Assembly: GCA_963850305.1 (NCBI GenBank)
Contig: CAWKKR010000008.1
Coordinates: 384,001 to 448,000 of the forward strand
Source of the DNA: an uncultured delta proteobacterium
GTDB lineage: Bacteria; Myxococcota_A; Polyangia; Polyangiales; Polyangiaceae
DNA: 64,000 nucleotides
Direction: 5' to 3'
This document shows, one piece after another, positions 22,507-34,298 of the stretch (its first letter is position 1; each line of letters starts with the position of its first letter). Under the pieces are notes generated by a model that made no database searches, had not been told where the DNA came from, and saw only the letters and a program-made list of their open reading frames with translations. Made by a program: the position numbers and the translations under genes.

Positions 22507-22956
22507 ATGGCGAAAAGACTTCTGCTCCTCGAGGATGAACCCACGCTCGCGCGTGCGATGGCACGGCTCCTTCGCCGTGCGGAGTACGACGTATTTCTGG
22601 CGGGGTCGTGCGACGAGGCGAGAAAAACGTCCGGTACCTTCTCGCTCGGCGTGTTCGACATCGATCTGCCGGACGGAGACGGCATCGACCTCGCGCGAGA
22701 CATGTTGACGACGGGCGCCATCCGCCGAGTCGTGTTCTTCAGCGGATGCATGAACCCCGTGCAGCGCGCGCGCGCCGCGAGACTCGGCCCCTTCGTGGAA
22801 AAGGTCAGCGGGTTCCCGGCCCTCCGCGCGACGATCGAGCTTGCGCTCGCGAGCCAGCGCGAGCGCGTCTCGGGTGGGGAAGATGCGCCTCCGGAACAAT
22901 CGAGCGATCCGCCGCCATCGGGCATCCGCGGCAACGGCGGACAAAGCATTCACTGA
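22507..22956 (+). CDS. Single-domain response regulator
   Basis: LLLEDE, FDIDLPDGDG, FFSG, FVEK receiver motifs. Confidence 0.85.
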   Translation: MAKRLLLLEDEPTLARAMARLLRRAEYDVFLAGSCDEARKTSGTFSLGVFDIDLPDGDGIDLARDMLTTGAIRRVVFFSGCMNPVQRARAARLGPFVEKVSGFPALRATIELALASQRERVSGGEDAPPEQSSDPPPSGIRGNGGQSIH

Positions 22957-22966
22957 GGCCCGGCCA

Positions 22967-23053
22967 GAACTACCGAGCGCAGCGAGTACCGGGGGGAGGG
23001 GTTGCGAAGCAAGCCCCGGGGGGGCGGGCAACGCCCCCCCTTTCCTAGTAGAC
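22967..23053. repeat. Single inverted copy of the REP-like element
   Basis: gaactaccgagcgcagcgag...cccctttcctagtagac aligns to the reverse complement of 21053-21300; 17-bp exact terminal match. Confidence 0.8.
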
Positions 23054-23064
23054 CTGGCCTCACG

Positions 23065-24054
23065 ATGGAGTTCATCAATACCGTCACGGGGCCGGTCCGG
23101 GTCGAAGAGCTTGGAACGACGCTCGTCCACGAGCATCTGCTCATCGGATACCCGGGGTGGCAGATGGACGCGCTCGCGCCCAGGTTCGTACGCAACGACG
23201 CGCTCGCTCGCGGCGTGGACAAGCTCGCCGAGCTTCGTTCGCTCGGCGTCGCGACGTTCCTCGACCCATGTCCGATGGATCTTGGCAGGGATGTCACGTT
23301 CATGGCGGAAGCCGCGACGCGGTCCGGGATGCGGATCGTGTGCACGACGGGCGCGTACAAGGAGAACGAAGGTCTCACGTACACGTTCCGCGCGCTCCCC
23401 GTCGAAGAGATCACGGCGATTTACGTCAAGGAACTCACCGAGGGGATCGGGGACACCGGGATCCGCGCGGGGCTCATCAAGGTCGCGACCGGATATCCCG
23501 GAATCAGCGACTACGAGCGCAAGCTCGTCGTCGCCGCGGGACGCGCGGCGGCTCAGGTGGGCTGCCCGATAATCACGCACACGGACCACGCGAGCTCCGG
23601 GCTCGATCAGATCGCGATCCTCACCGCGGAGGGCGTCCCCGCGCATCGCATTCTCGTCGGGCACTCGGACGGCAGGAACGATCACGCTTATCATCGCTCG
23701 CTCGCGGACGCCGGCGCGTACGTCGGCTTCGACCGGTTTGGCATCGAGGCGTTCATTGGCGACGACGAGCGTATCGACGGCATCGTGAAGATGGTCGAGG
23801 CCGGCTATGCACGCTCGGTCTGTGTGTCGCACGACGCGACGTGCGCGAGCTGGCTCGGACGCCCGGTGTTCGGCGGCAAGATGGTGATGACCGCGGAGAT
23901 GATCGCCGCGGCCCTCCCGGACTGGGACGCAACGCACCTTTTCAAGCGGATCATCCCCAAACTCAAGGAACGCGGCGTGACGGACGCCGACATTCGTACA
24001 TTCCTGGTCGAGAACCCGCGGCGCTATTTCCGCGGAGACGAGCCGCCGCGCTGA
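23065..24054 (+). CDS. Phosphotriesterase-family (Php/PTE) amidohydrolase
   Basis: INTVTGPV, TLVHEHL, GLIKVAT, ITHT, VGHS, VSHD, NPRRYF. Confidence 0.92.
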   Translation: MEFINTVTGPVRVEELGTTLVHEHLLIGYPGWQMDALAPRFVRNDALARGVDKLAELRSLGVATFLDPCPMDLGRDVTFMAEAATRSGMRIVCTTGAYKENEGLTYTFRALPVEEITAIYVKELTEGIGDTGIRAGLIKVATGYPGISDYERKLVVAAGRAAAQVGCPIITHTDHASSGLDQIAILTAEGVPAHRILVGHSDGRNDHAYHRSLADAGAYVGFDRFGIEAFIGDDERIDGIVKMVEAGYARSVCVSHDATCASWLGRPVFGGKMVMTAEMIAAALPDWDATHLFKRIIPKLKERGVTDADIRTFLVENPRRYFRGDEPPR

Positions 24055-24065
24055 GGAGTGGTCCC

Positions 24066-24110
24066 GGGGGGTCTTGACCCCCGCGGCTCGCTCCGCTCGC
24101 GGAGTTCCGC
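24066..24110. repeat. Short copy of the REP-like element
   Basis: ggggggtcttgacccccgcggctcgctccgctcgcggagttccgc between convergent genes. Confidence 0.75.
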
Positions 24111-24156
24111 GCTCGTTTCATCCTTCGGGGACGACGTGTTCGCCGGTGCGGGACTA

Positions 24157-25017
24157 CTACCCAGCTCGAAGTCGCCCGCGCTTCTCCCCGCGCAACACGC
24201 TCGTCCGACTCGAAAGGAGCATTTGCCGGAGCGCCGCTGCGGCTGGAGGAAGCCGCTCCACGCCGTTGTGCACGATCACGAACGGTCGCACGATGGGCGT
24301 CGCGGGATGCGGCACGCGCACCAGCTTTCGCGCGGCGAGCTCGTGCCGCACGGCATGACGGCTCACGAGCGCAACGCCGACTCCCTCACGCACGTGCGCG
24401 ATGATCGCCGGGATGCTGGCAATCTCCATCGCGATCGGAACGCCGGGGAAATAGCGATCGAGTAGCTCACGCGTCGTGCCGCCCTGCGTGAACGTCACGA
24501 ACGGCGCGTGCTCGGGATCCGTTCCCGGCGCACGCACGAGCACGACCTCGTCCACGAGCCACGGCTCCCCGTGAGAAGCAGTGATGACTCCGAGATCGAG
24601 CGAGCCGCCTTCGAGATCGTCGAGCACGCGCTGCGACGTCGCTTCGCGGAGTACCAACCGAACGCGCGGGTGCGCGACGCGAAACCGCGCGAGGACCGGC
24701 GGAAGGAAAAACGTACACGCCGTGGCGCCGCCTCCCACCCGCACCTCCCCCGCTTCGAGCCCCATGACCTCGTGAACGGCGCGCCGGCCATCTTCGACCG
24801 CCGCCAGTGCCGCGCGCGCCCGCGGCAACAGAGCCCGCCCTTCCGCCGTGAGCGTCGCGCCCGCGGGTCCGCGCACGAACAGGCGCGCGCCCATCTCTTG
24901 CTCGAGCTTCGCGATCGCGGCCGTGAGCGCTGGCTGCGAAACGTGACCGTGGTGGGCCGCCGCCGTGAACGTGCCGTGCTGAGCGACGAGTGCGAAGTAG
25001 CGGAACCGATCGAGCAT
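24157..25017 (-). CDS. LysR family transcriptional regulator
   Basis: FTAAAHHGHVSQPALTAAIAKLEQEMGARLFVR HTH; divergent from TauE gene. Confidence 0.93.
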   Translation of the reverse strand: MLDRFRYFALVAQHGTFTAAAHHGHVSQPALTAAIAKLEQEMGARLFVRGPAGATLTAEGRALLPRARAALAAVEDGRRAVHEVMGLEAGEVRVGGGATACTFFLPPVLARFRVAHPRVRLVLREATSQRVLDDLEGGSLDLGVITASHGEPWLVDEVVLVRAPGTDPEHAPFVTFTQGGTTRELLDRYFPGVPIAMEIASIPAIIAHVREGVGVALVSRHAVRHELAARKLVRVPHPATPIVRPFVIVHNGVERLPPAAAALRQMLLSSRTSVLRGEKRGRLRAG

Positions 25018-25076
25018 AAGCAAATCCTATCTCATTCATAAATACAATCCATTGGCATGATGCGCTCCCGGGACGG

Positions 25077-25802
25077 ATGATGCCGGACATGACCGCAACG
25101 ATTGTCGCTCTCGGGCTCATTGCCGGCGCAATGACGACGATCGCCGGGGCGGGCGGCGGCGTGTTTCTCATCGTGACGCTCTCGCTGCTCATCGGACCCC
25201 ACGCCACGCTGGCCACCACGGCTCCGACGCTCCTCGTCGGAAACGTCCACCGTGTGCTGCTTTACCGGAAGCGCGTCGTGTGGCGTACCGCGCTCCCGGT
25301 CATCGCAGGGGCGGTTCCGGGCAGCCTCGCCGGCGGCGTGCTCGCCATGTCGTTGCCGCAGGGCGTGCTCCGGGTGGTGTTCGTCGCGGTCGCGGCGTAT
25401 TCGATCGCGCGAGCTCTGGACCTCGCCGCGGTCGTGCCTGCGCGCGCACTGCTCGGCCCCGCGGGTGCCGTCGTCGGCCTGCTCTCCGCCATGGGCGCCG
25501 GCGCGGGGCTCCTGCTCTGTCCGATCATGATGGCGATGGGGCTCACCGGAGAAGCCTACGTCGCGACCAGCGCGGCCGTGGCGATGACGACCCACGCGGG
25601 ACGACTCTCGGGCTACTTCGCGCGCGGCTTCGTCACGCACGAAATCTGGTCTTACGCCGCAGTCGCAGCGGTGTCGGTGGTCGCGGGCAACCTCGTCGGT
25701 GATCGCTTGCGCCCGCTGCTCGACGGGCCACGCCGCACGGCGATGGTCGAACGGGGCGCACTCGCGGTATGTGCGATCCTCGCGGTTGCCGGGCTGCGGT
25801 GA
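25077..25802 (+). CDS. Sulfite exporter TauE/SafE family membrane protein
   Basis: Multi-TM protein with AGAGGG repeat motif and internal duplication. Confidence 0.85.
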   Translation: MMPDMTATIVALGLIAGAMTTIAGAGGGVFLIVTLSLLIGPHATLATTAPTLLVGNVHRVLLYRKRVVWRTALPVIAGAVPGSLAGGVLAMSLPQGVLRVVFVAVAAYSIARALDLAAVVPARALLGPAGAVVGLLSAMGAGAGLLLCPIMMAMGLTGEAYVATSAAVAMTTHAGRLSGYFARGFVTHEIWSYAAVAAVSVVAGNLVGDRLRPLLDGPRRTAMVERGALAVCAILAVAGLR

Positions 25803-25826
25803 ACGGGCGCGCCGCACACGGCTGAA

Positions 25827-26147
25827 ATGTTGCCCATGACACGAAACCTCGGCACCCTCCGGACCATGCTGGAGCCCTGCGAGGTGTGCCGGAACTTCCG
25901 CCCTGAGGCCGAGGTCGACGCTAGTCGCCCAGTCGTCGAGGTATTCTTCGGCTCGCGTCCCGTGCTCCTTTGCCGCGGCCACGCGAAGATCGCGGAGCGC
26001 GCGGGCGTCACGTCGCTCGAGGGGCTGCGCGAATATTACGGCACGGGCCGGCGCTCGTTCGTGCCGCGACGGGGCCGGGGATCGACGCCGCAAGCCGATG
26101 AGCGGCGCGAGAGCCCGGGCCGGCGAGAGACCGACCTGCGCCGCTGA
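25827..26147 (+). CDS. Small hypothetical protein, CxxC...CxxH with Arg-rich tail
   Basis: CEVC, LCRGH, RRSFVPRR...ERRESPGRRETD; start uncertain. Confidence 0.6.
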   Translation: MLPMTRNLGTLRTMLEPCEVCRNFRPEAEVDASRPVVEVFFGSRPVLLCRGHAKIAERAGVTSLEGLREYYGTGRRSFVPRRGRGSTPQADERRESPGRRETDLRR

Positions 26148-26285
26148 CAGTCGCGACGTCACGGACGCGTGCGGCGATGGCGGCCCGACGCCTGGAGGGA
26201 TGTCTCGCTGGGGCGCCCGGTCGAAGCGGCTGCGGCGCGCGAACCGCTCGACTCACGGCGAAACCGAGGCTAAGTCCGTGCAGCG

Positions 26286-28330
26286 ATGAGCGAACCGGTC
26301 GCGTTGAACGAATTCGGTCCGAGCAGCTTCGAGGCCTGGCTGAAACTGGTCGAGCGTGATCTCGCGGGGGCCCCCTTCGAGAAGAAGCTGATCAAGCGCA
26401 TCTCGGGGATGGACGTCCGGCCCCTCTACACGCGCAAGGACCGCGCTCCCGAGCAGGGCCTCCCTGGATTTCACCCGTTCCGCCGTGGCGGGTACCCGAC
26501 GGGTTCCGTCGAGATGGGGTGGGAGGTCCGGCACGAGATCGACCGGACGGATCCCGTTCACGCGGCCGCTGCCGTCCTCGACGCGCTGAATGGCGGCGTT
26601 CGCGCGCTGTCGTTCCGGTTCGATCGCGCACTCCGTTCCGGCAAGGACGGACTACACGGTGAGGACGGCGTCGCGGCGTACGATCTCGCCGAGCTCGAGC
26701 GCGCGCTCGGCGAGACGCGCCTCGATTGGCTGCCGATTCATCTGCGGGCCGGGGCTTCGGCCTTCACCGTCGCGGCGGCGCTCGTGGCACTCGCGAGGAA
26801 GCGCGGACTGCCCCTGACGGCGCTGAGTGGCTCCTTCGGCACGGACCCGATCGGAACGCTCGCTGGCCACGGGGCGCTGCCCGGTTCACTCGAGGGTGCG
26901 CTCGGAGAACTCGCGGAGCTCGCGCGCTTCACGAGCGAGCATGCGCCGCGTGTCCGGGCCGTCTCGGTCGACACGACGGCGTATCACGAGGCCGGCGCCG
27001 ATGCGGCCACCGAAGTGGCCGTCGCGCTCGCAACCGGCGTCGCTTATCTCCGTGCCCTCACCGGAGCAGGACTCTCGGTGGAGATTGCCGCGGGCCAGCT
27101 GAACTTCGAGTTTGCCGTCGGGCGGGACATGTTCCTGGAGATCGCGAAGCTCCGTGCGGCGCGGCTCACCTGGGCCAAAGTGCTCGCTGCGTGCGGCGCG
27201 GCGGAGTCGAGCCGGGTCATGGCCATCCATGCGCGCACGTCGCTCCGGACCAAGACGACGCGCGATCCGTGGGTGAATCTCCTCCGCGGCACGGGCGAGA
27301 CGTTCGCGGCGGCCATCGGCGGCGCGGACGCGATCACGAACATGCCCTTCGACGTCCTGCTCGGCGAGGGCGATGATTTCGGCGCCCGCCTGGCGCGCAA
27401 CACGCAGGAGCTCCTCCGGCACGAGTCGCACCTGCACAGGGTCGTCGATCCCGCCGGGGGCAGCTGGTACGTCGAGGAGCTCACCGACCAGCTCGCCCGG
27501 CTCGGCTGGGAGAAGTTCGCCGCGTTCGAGGCCGCGGGCGGGCTCGCTGCCGTCCTCCATGCAGGGACCCTGCAAAAGGAGCTCGCGCAAGCAATCGACG
27601 GCGAGCACAGGGCGGTCGAAACGCGAAGGCTGGCGATCATCGGCGTGAACGAGTTCCCGCACGTGAAGGAGGACCGTGTCGCTCGCAGCGTGCGGGACAC
27701 CGCGCGCGCCGCCGAGCGATCCGTCGCGGCGGGCAAGCGTTCCCCATCGCTCGCCCACTTCGGAGCGGGCGGCGCGTTCGAGCAGGCGATCTCGGCCGTG
27801 CAAGCCGGCGCAAGCTTCGCCCACGTGACGGACGCGGCGCGGCGCGGCGAGGGCGCGCGCGTGGAAGCTCTTCGGACCGAGCGGTTCGCCGAGCCGTTCG
27901 AGGCGCTGCGCGATCTCGCCGACCGCTTCACGGCCGCGCGCGGCAAGCGGCCGGCGGCGTTCCTCGCGAACCTCGGCCCCATCCCCGAGCACAAGGCCCG
28001 CGCCGGGTTCGCGCAGAACTACGTCGAAGCGGGTGGCTTCGTCGCGATCGGCAACGACGGTTTCACCGACGCGGAGTCGGCAGCAACCGCGTTCGCGGCG
28101 AGCGGCGCCGACATCGCCGTGCTCTGCTCGAGCGACGCGCTATACGCCGAGCTGGCCGAACCCACGGCGCGGGCGCTGGCCGCTCGCGGGGCCCGTGTGA
28201 TCGCGCTCGCCGGCAGCCCCGGCGAGAGAGAGAACGCATATCGCGCCGCCGGAATCACGGACTTCGTCTTCGTGGGCGCGAACGTCGCCCAGTCGCTGCG
28301 CTCGCTCCTGACGCGCGTGGGAGCCGGCTG

Positions 28331-28331
<1 letters not shown>
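26286..28331 (+). CDS. mutA: Methylmalonyl-CoA mutase small (beta) subunit
   Basis: [34 protein letters not shown]; lacks DxHxxG; overlaps large subunit start. Confidence 0.92.
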
Positions 28332-30515
<2,184 letters not shown>

Positions 30516-30532
<17 letters not shown>

Positions 30533-31544
30533 CGCCGAGCGCGGCCTGCCACGACGGAAGGAGCTGTCGCGCGAAGAGTACGTGAATGGCGTGCGGGCCG
30601 GTGACCGCGCCGTGCTCGGGCGCGCGATCTCGCTCATCGAGAGCAACGCGGCGGCCCATCAGGGGCTCGCGCAGGAGGTGCTCACCGAGCTCCTTCCCCA
30701 TGCCGGCAATGCGCACCGGGTCGGCATCAGCGGTGTCCCGGGCGTCGGCAAGAGCACGTTCATCGAAGCCCTCGGCACGAAACTCACGAGTGCGGGCCAC
30801 AGGGTCGCGGTGCTCGCCGTCGATCCCACGAGCGAGCGCACCAGGGGCAGCATTCTCGGCGACAAGACGCGCATGGTGAACCTCTCCCAGAACCCGGCCG
30901 CGTTCATCCGCCCCTCGCCGAGCGGGGGCTCGCTCGGCGGCGTCGGACGCAAGACGCGCGAGACGATACTGCTCTGCGAGGCCGCGGGCTTCGACGTGGT
31001 GCTCGTGGAGACCGTGGGAGTCGGTCAGAGCGAGACGATGGTCGCCGACATGGTGGACTTCTTTCTCGTGCTGATGCTCGCGGGGGCCGGGGACGAGCTC
31101 CAGGGGATCAAGCGCGGCATCCTGGAACTCGCCGATCTCGTCGCGGTGAACAAGGCCGACTCCGGCAACGAGAAGGCCGCCGAGCGCGCTCGCCAGGAGT
31201 ACGAGGGCGCGCTCTCGCTGATGCACGGCAAAAACGATGAGTGGAAGGTCCCCGTCGTGAAGTGTTCGGCTCTCTCGAATCAGGGAATGGACGAGCTCTG
31301 GGCGCACGTGGAGCGTCACCGCGAAGCGTTCCTCGCCTCGGGCGGCCTCCATACCCGGCGCAAGCGGCAGCTCCTGCAATGGACCTGGCAGATGGTCGAA
31401 GGAGAACTCATCGATCGCCTGCACGCGCACCCCGCCGTGCGAGCCCAGGCGCCGGAGCTCGAGGCGCGCGTGCAAGATGGAAGCCTCACGGCGACCCTCG
31501 CGGCGCGCCAGATCCTCGATACATTCGGGGTCGGACGGAAGTGA
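30516..31544 (+). CDS. meaB: Methylmalonyl-CoA mutase-associated GTPase MeaB
   Basis: [32 protein letters not shown]. Confidence 0.96.
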
Positions 31545-31629
31545 ACGTATTCGCGAAGGTGCGCTCGGCGATGCCGCCGGCTCATCGAGTAGGGTGCCGC
31601 GCGGAGCCGGTCGGCGTACGCTCTTCTCC

Positions 31630-32508
31630 ATGAACAGCGCCCGGGCGTTTCGGCTTCTCCTCCTGGGACCGCTCGTCGCCCTTGGCGGCTGTGGTGGCCG
31701 AACGGACTGGCAAGCAGCCAACGTCATCCCTGGAGGAGTCGGCGGCGATACGGGATCTGGAGGTGGCGAAGGCCTCGGTGGCGCGTCGGGTGGGTACGGC
31801 CTCGGCGGCGCCGGTGCGTCGGGAGGCTACGTCGGCAGCGGCGGCGTCAGCAGCGGCGGCGTCAGCAACGGCGGTAACGTGGGGTTCGGTGGCACCCCTG
31901 CGAGTTGCGGGGGTGGCCTTTGCAACGCGTGTCCGGATTGCTTCAGCAGTTGTTTGTGCGAGGGTGGGGGCTCGGAGTGCGAATCGCTCTGCGGGTATGG
32001 CAGCGGGGGATTCACGGCGTCGGGTGGCTTCCCCGGCACGGGCGGATTCGTCGGTGCAGGTGGCGTGACTGCGGCCGGCGGATTCGTGGGCACCGGGGGC
32101 TTCTTCACGGGCAGTGGCGGAAGCGAGGGCCTCGGCGTCTACTGCCCCACTCCGAACGCGACTCAGACGGTGTTCTGCGGGGACGTCAACTTGAACAGTT
32201 TGCCAAGCGCGCCCGCCTGCTGTCTCCCGGTGGGCTATCCGCCGATCCCGCCGAGTCCTTGTGGAGGCGATCAGACGGCTCTCTCGAACATCTTCCCCGT
32301 CGAACCGGGTTGCCAGGATCCGAGTGGGACGGCCGCATTTTCGGACCCGGCGTGTACGGCGATCAACATCGAGACCGGTCAGGTGCTCAACGGTTGTTGC
32401 CGTACGGACGGGATGTGTGGAGTGGACCTTTCCGCGTACGGTCTCGGTTGCCAGGAGAGCGTCATCCAGGGTGTCACGACTCAATGTCAGGTCGGCCCCA
32501 TGAATTAG
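31630..32508 (+). CDS. Gly-rich, Cys-rich lipoprotein
   Basis: Signal plus LGGC lipobox, GG-rich linkers, C-terminal GCCRTDGMCGVD...LGC domain. Confidence 0.75.
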   Translation: MNSARAFRLLLLGPLVALGGCGGRTDWQAANVIPGGVGGDTGSGGGEGLGGASGGYGLGGAGASGGYVGSGGVSSGGVSNGGNVGFGGTPASCGGGLCNACPDCFSSCLCEGGGSECESLCGYGSGGFTASGGFPGTGGFVGAGGVTAAGGFVGTGGFFTGSGGSEGLGVYCPTPNATQTVFCGDVNLNSLPSAPACCLPVGYPPIPPSPCGGDQTALSNIFPVEPGCQDPSGTAAFSDPACTAINIETGQVLNGCCRTDGMCGVDLSAYGLGCQESVIQGVTTQCQVGPMN

Positions 32509-32779
32509 CCCGTTTCGCCTGCGCCATCGCGCTGACAACCCGATCGGCCGCGTAAGGCGGCGATATAGTCGCCGCGGGTACCCCGTGACGGACTCCGAAC
32601 TACAGGCTTCCGCCGTGAGCCAGGGCCCGCGGAGCCCGGGGACCAACGATGCTGCCCACTCGTGATGCTCGTCCTCGCCGGGCGGAAGCGAGCGGCTTCG
32701 CTAGCTTGACCGTCTTGGTGACCGACTGCACGGCAGTGCAATACGAGCGTGTATTACCACCGTCAAGAAGGTCCCTCGA

Positions 32780-32965
32780 ACCTGCCCCAAGTGCGGCGGG
32801 CGCATGCGCCTGCTCACGGCAGCACGTCTCGAGCGTCGAGGACGCGTCCGTCGGCGTCGAGAGGCACGTCTCGAGCGTCGAGAGGCACGTCTCGAGCGTC
32901 GAGAGGCACGTCTCGAGCGTCGAGGACGCGTCCGTCGGCGTCGAGAGGCTTGTCTCGGCGTCGGC
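32780..32965 (+). mobile_element. IS91-family transposase C-terminal remnant fused to a short 21-nt repeat array
   Basis: acctgccccaagtgcggcgggcgcatgcgcctgctc (TCPKCGGRMRLL), 86 bp identical to 51977-52062, then ~6 repeat units. Confidence 0.7.
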
Positions 32966-33185
32966 GGAGCGCGACCGTGCCCTTGGGCTCGCGGACGCTT
33001 GGCCATCGGCCGAGGTAATGGCCGCGGAAGAGGGTTTGGTGGCGCTTCGGGGACGCCAAGACGCGCGAAGTCTACCTGGAGGGCGCGCGCCCCGCGGGGA
33101 TCCATTGCGGCGACTTGTCGGCTCGAAGACCTGTCTCGATGTGCGTCGGAGGGTAGCACGCACTCGTGAGTGATAGGCTCGCTCC

Positions 33186-33954
33186 ATGGTGAGGCAGGGA
33201 CGGGACTGGATTCTCGCGGGATTTCTGACCAGCGTCGTGGTCGCTTCGTTCGCGGGGTGCAGCGGAGAGGTCAAGTCCGGACAAGGCAGGGGCGCGATCG
33301 CCTCGGCTCCGGAGGTGCAACGGCGGCGACGGGGGGCCGCGCGACGGCAGGCGGCAGCACGGGCGTCGCCGATGCGTCGCTGAACAACACCGGTGGCGCG
33401 AGCGACGGAGGTCGCCCGCCCCCGCCGCAGCAAGACGCCGGTCCGACGCCACCGCCGTACCGCGTGGCGCCGTGCGTGTGGGACGTCGTGAAGGACTGCA
33501 TCCCGGAGCTCCGCTCGTGCGTCCAGACGCCGGCCTTCAGTGGTGCTATGCAACAGTGACGTGCGATCGCGACACGGGCTGGTCCGAGTACTCGGGCCTG
33601 GTCGCGAGCAAGAGCTGGAAGTTCTCCGTCAGCTACGAGGGCGTGGAGTGCTTCCGATGGGACTCGGGCGGCATCCCCGGCTTCCCGAGCTCGTCCTCGC
33701 TCCTCGATCGTCGCGGTAACGTGGTCGCCGCGCAGCTCTCGGGCGGGCCGCTCTATTGCGGAGCAACGTTCAACCAGATCGAGAGCGCGCACCTGTCGGG
33801 CCAGGCGACCGATGCCGGCATCGATCTCGACGATGGCAACTTCGCTCCCGCGTATCACCTCGATCGCTCGCGACCCGAGTGCGCCGCCTGGGACGAAAAC
33901 GGGCTCCCCGTGCGTCCTCCGTGTGACGTGATCGACGGCGGAGTGTGTCCATGA
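33186..33954 (+). pseudogene. Cys-rich lipoprotein with two apparent frameshifts (~33295, ~33545)
   Basis: Signal plus FAGC lipobox (frame 33186), Gly/DAG linker (frame 33170), Cys-rich domain (frame 33472). Confidence 0.55.
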
Positions 33955-34066
33955 GCGGACACGCGGGCAACGCCGTGGTCTCGACGGCAGAGCCGCGCTA
34001 CGCTGACCATTATACCGGAAATCCCCAAGCCCCTCGTTCCTCCATCGCTATCGGCGACGGAGAGAA

Positions 34067-34128
34067 GGGAGAACCGCTCGCCGGGTTCTGTCCGGGGGGC
34101 GGCCCGAAAGGGCCGTCCCTACCGGAAC
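34067..34128 (+). mobile_element. Group II intron 3'-end remnant (partial domain V plus complete domain VI)
   Basis: GGGAGAACCGCTCGCCGGGTTC-TG-TCCGGGGGGCGGCCC-GAAA-GGGCCGTCCCT-A-CCGGA-AC: DV 3' strand, DVI stem with bulged A (34121) and terminal AY. Confidence 0.8.
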
Positions 34129-34298
34129 GATCGCCTACCCTCCGACCTTTCCGTCACGCCCGCCATCATGGCATCTGGCCTCCGACACGGCTGGATACCG
34201 TGTTCACCATGAACGCCACCTGGATCGGCCGTGAGAACTTCCGAGCTCCGGTCACTTCACGCTGGGTCCTGAATCGCCGCGGGCATAGATTCGGCGGC

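Noticed and set aside
26148..26285. Cobalamin riboswitch upstream of mutA
   Set aside because: No B12-box or conserved core recognised.
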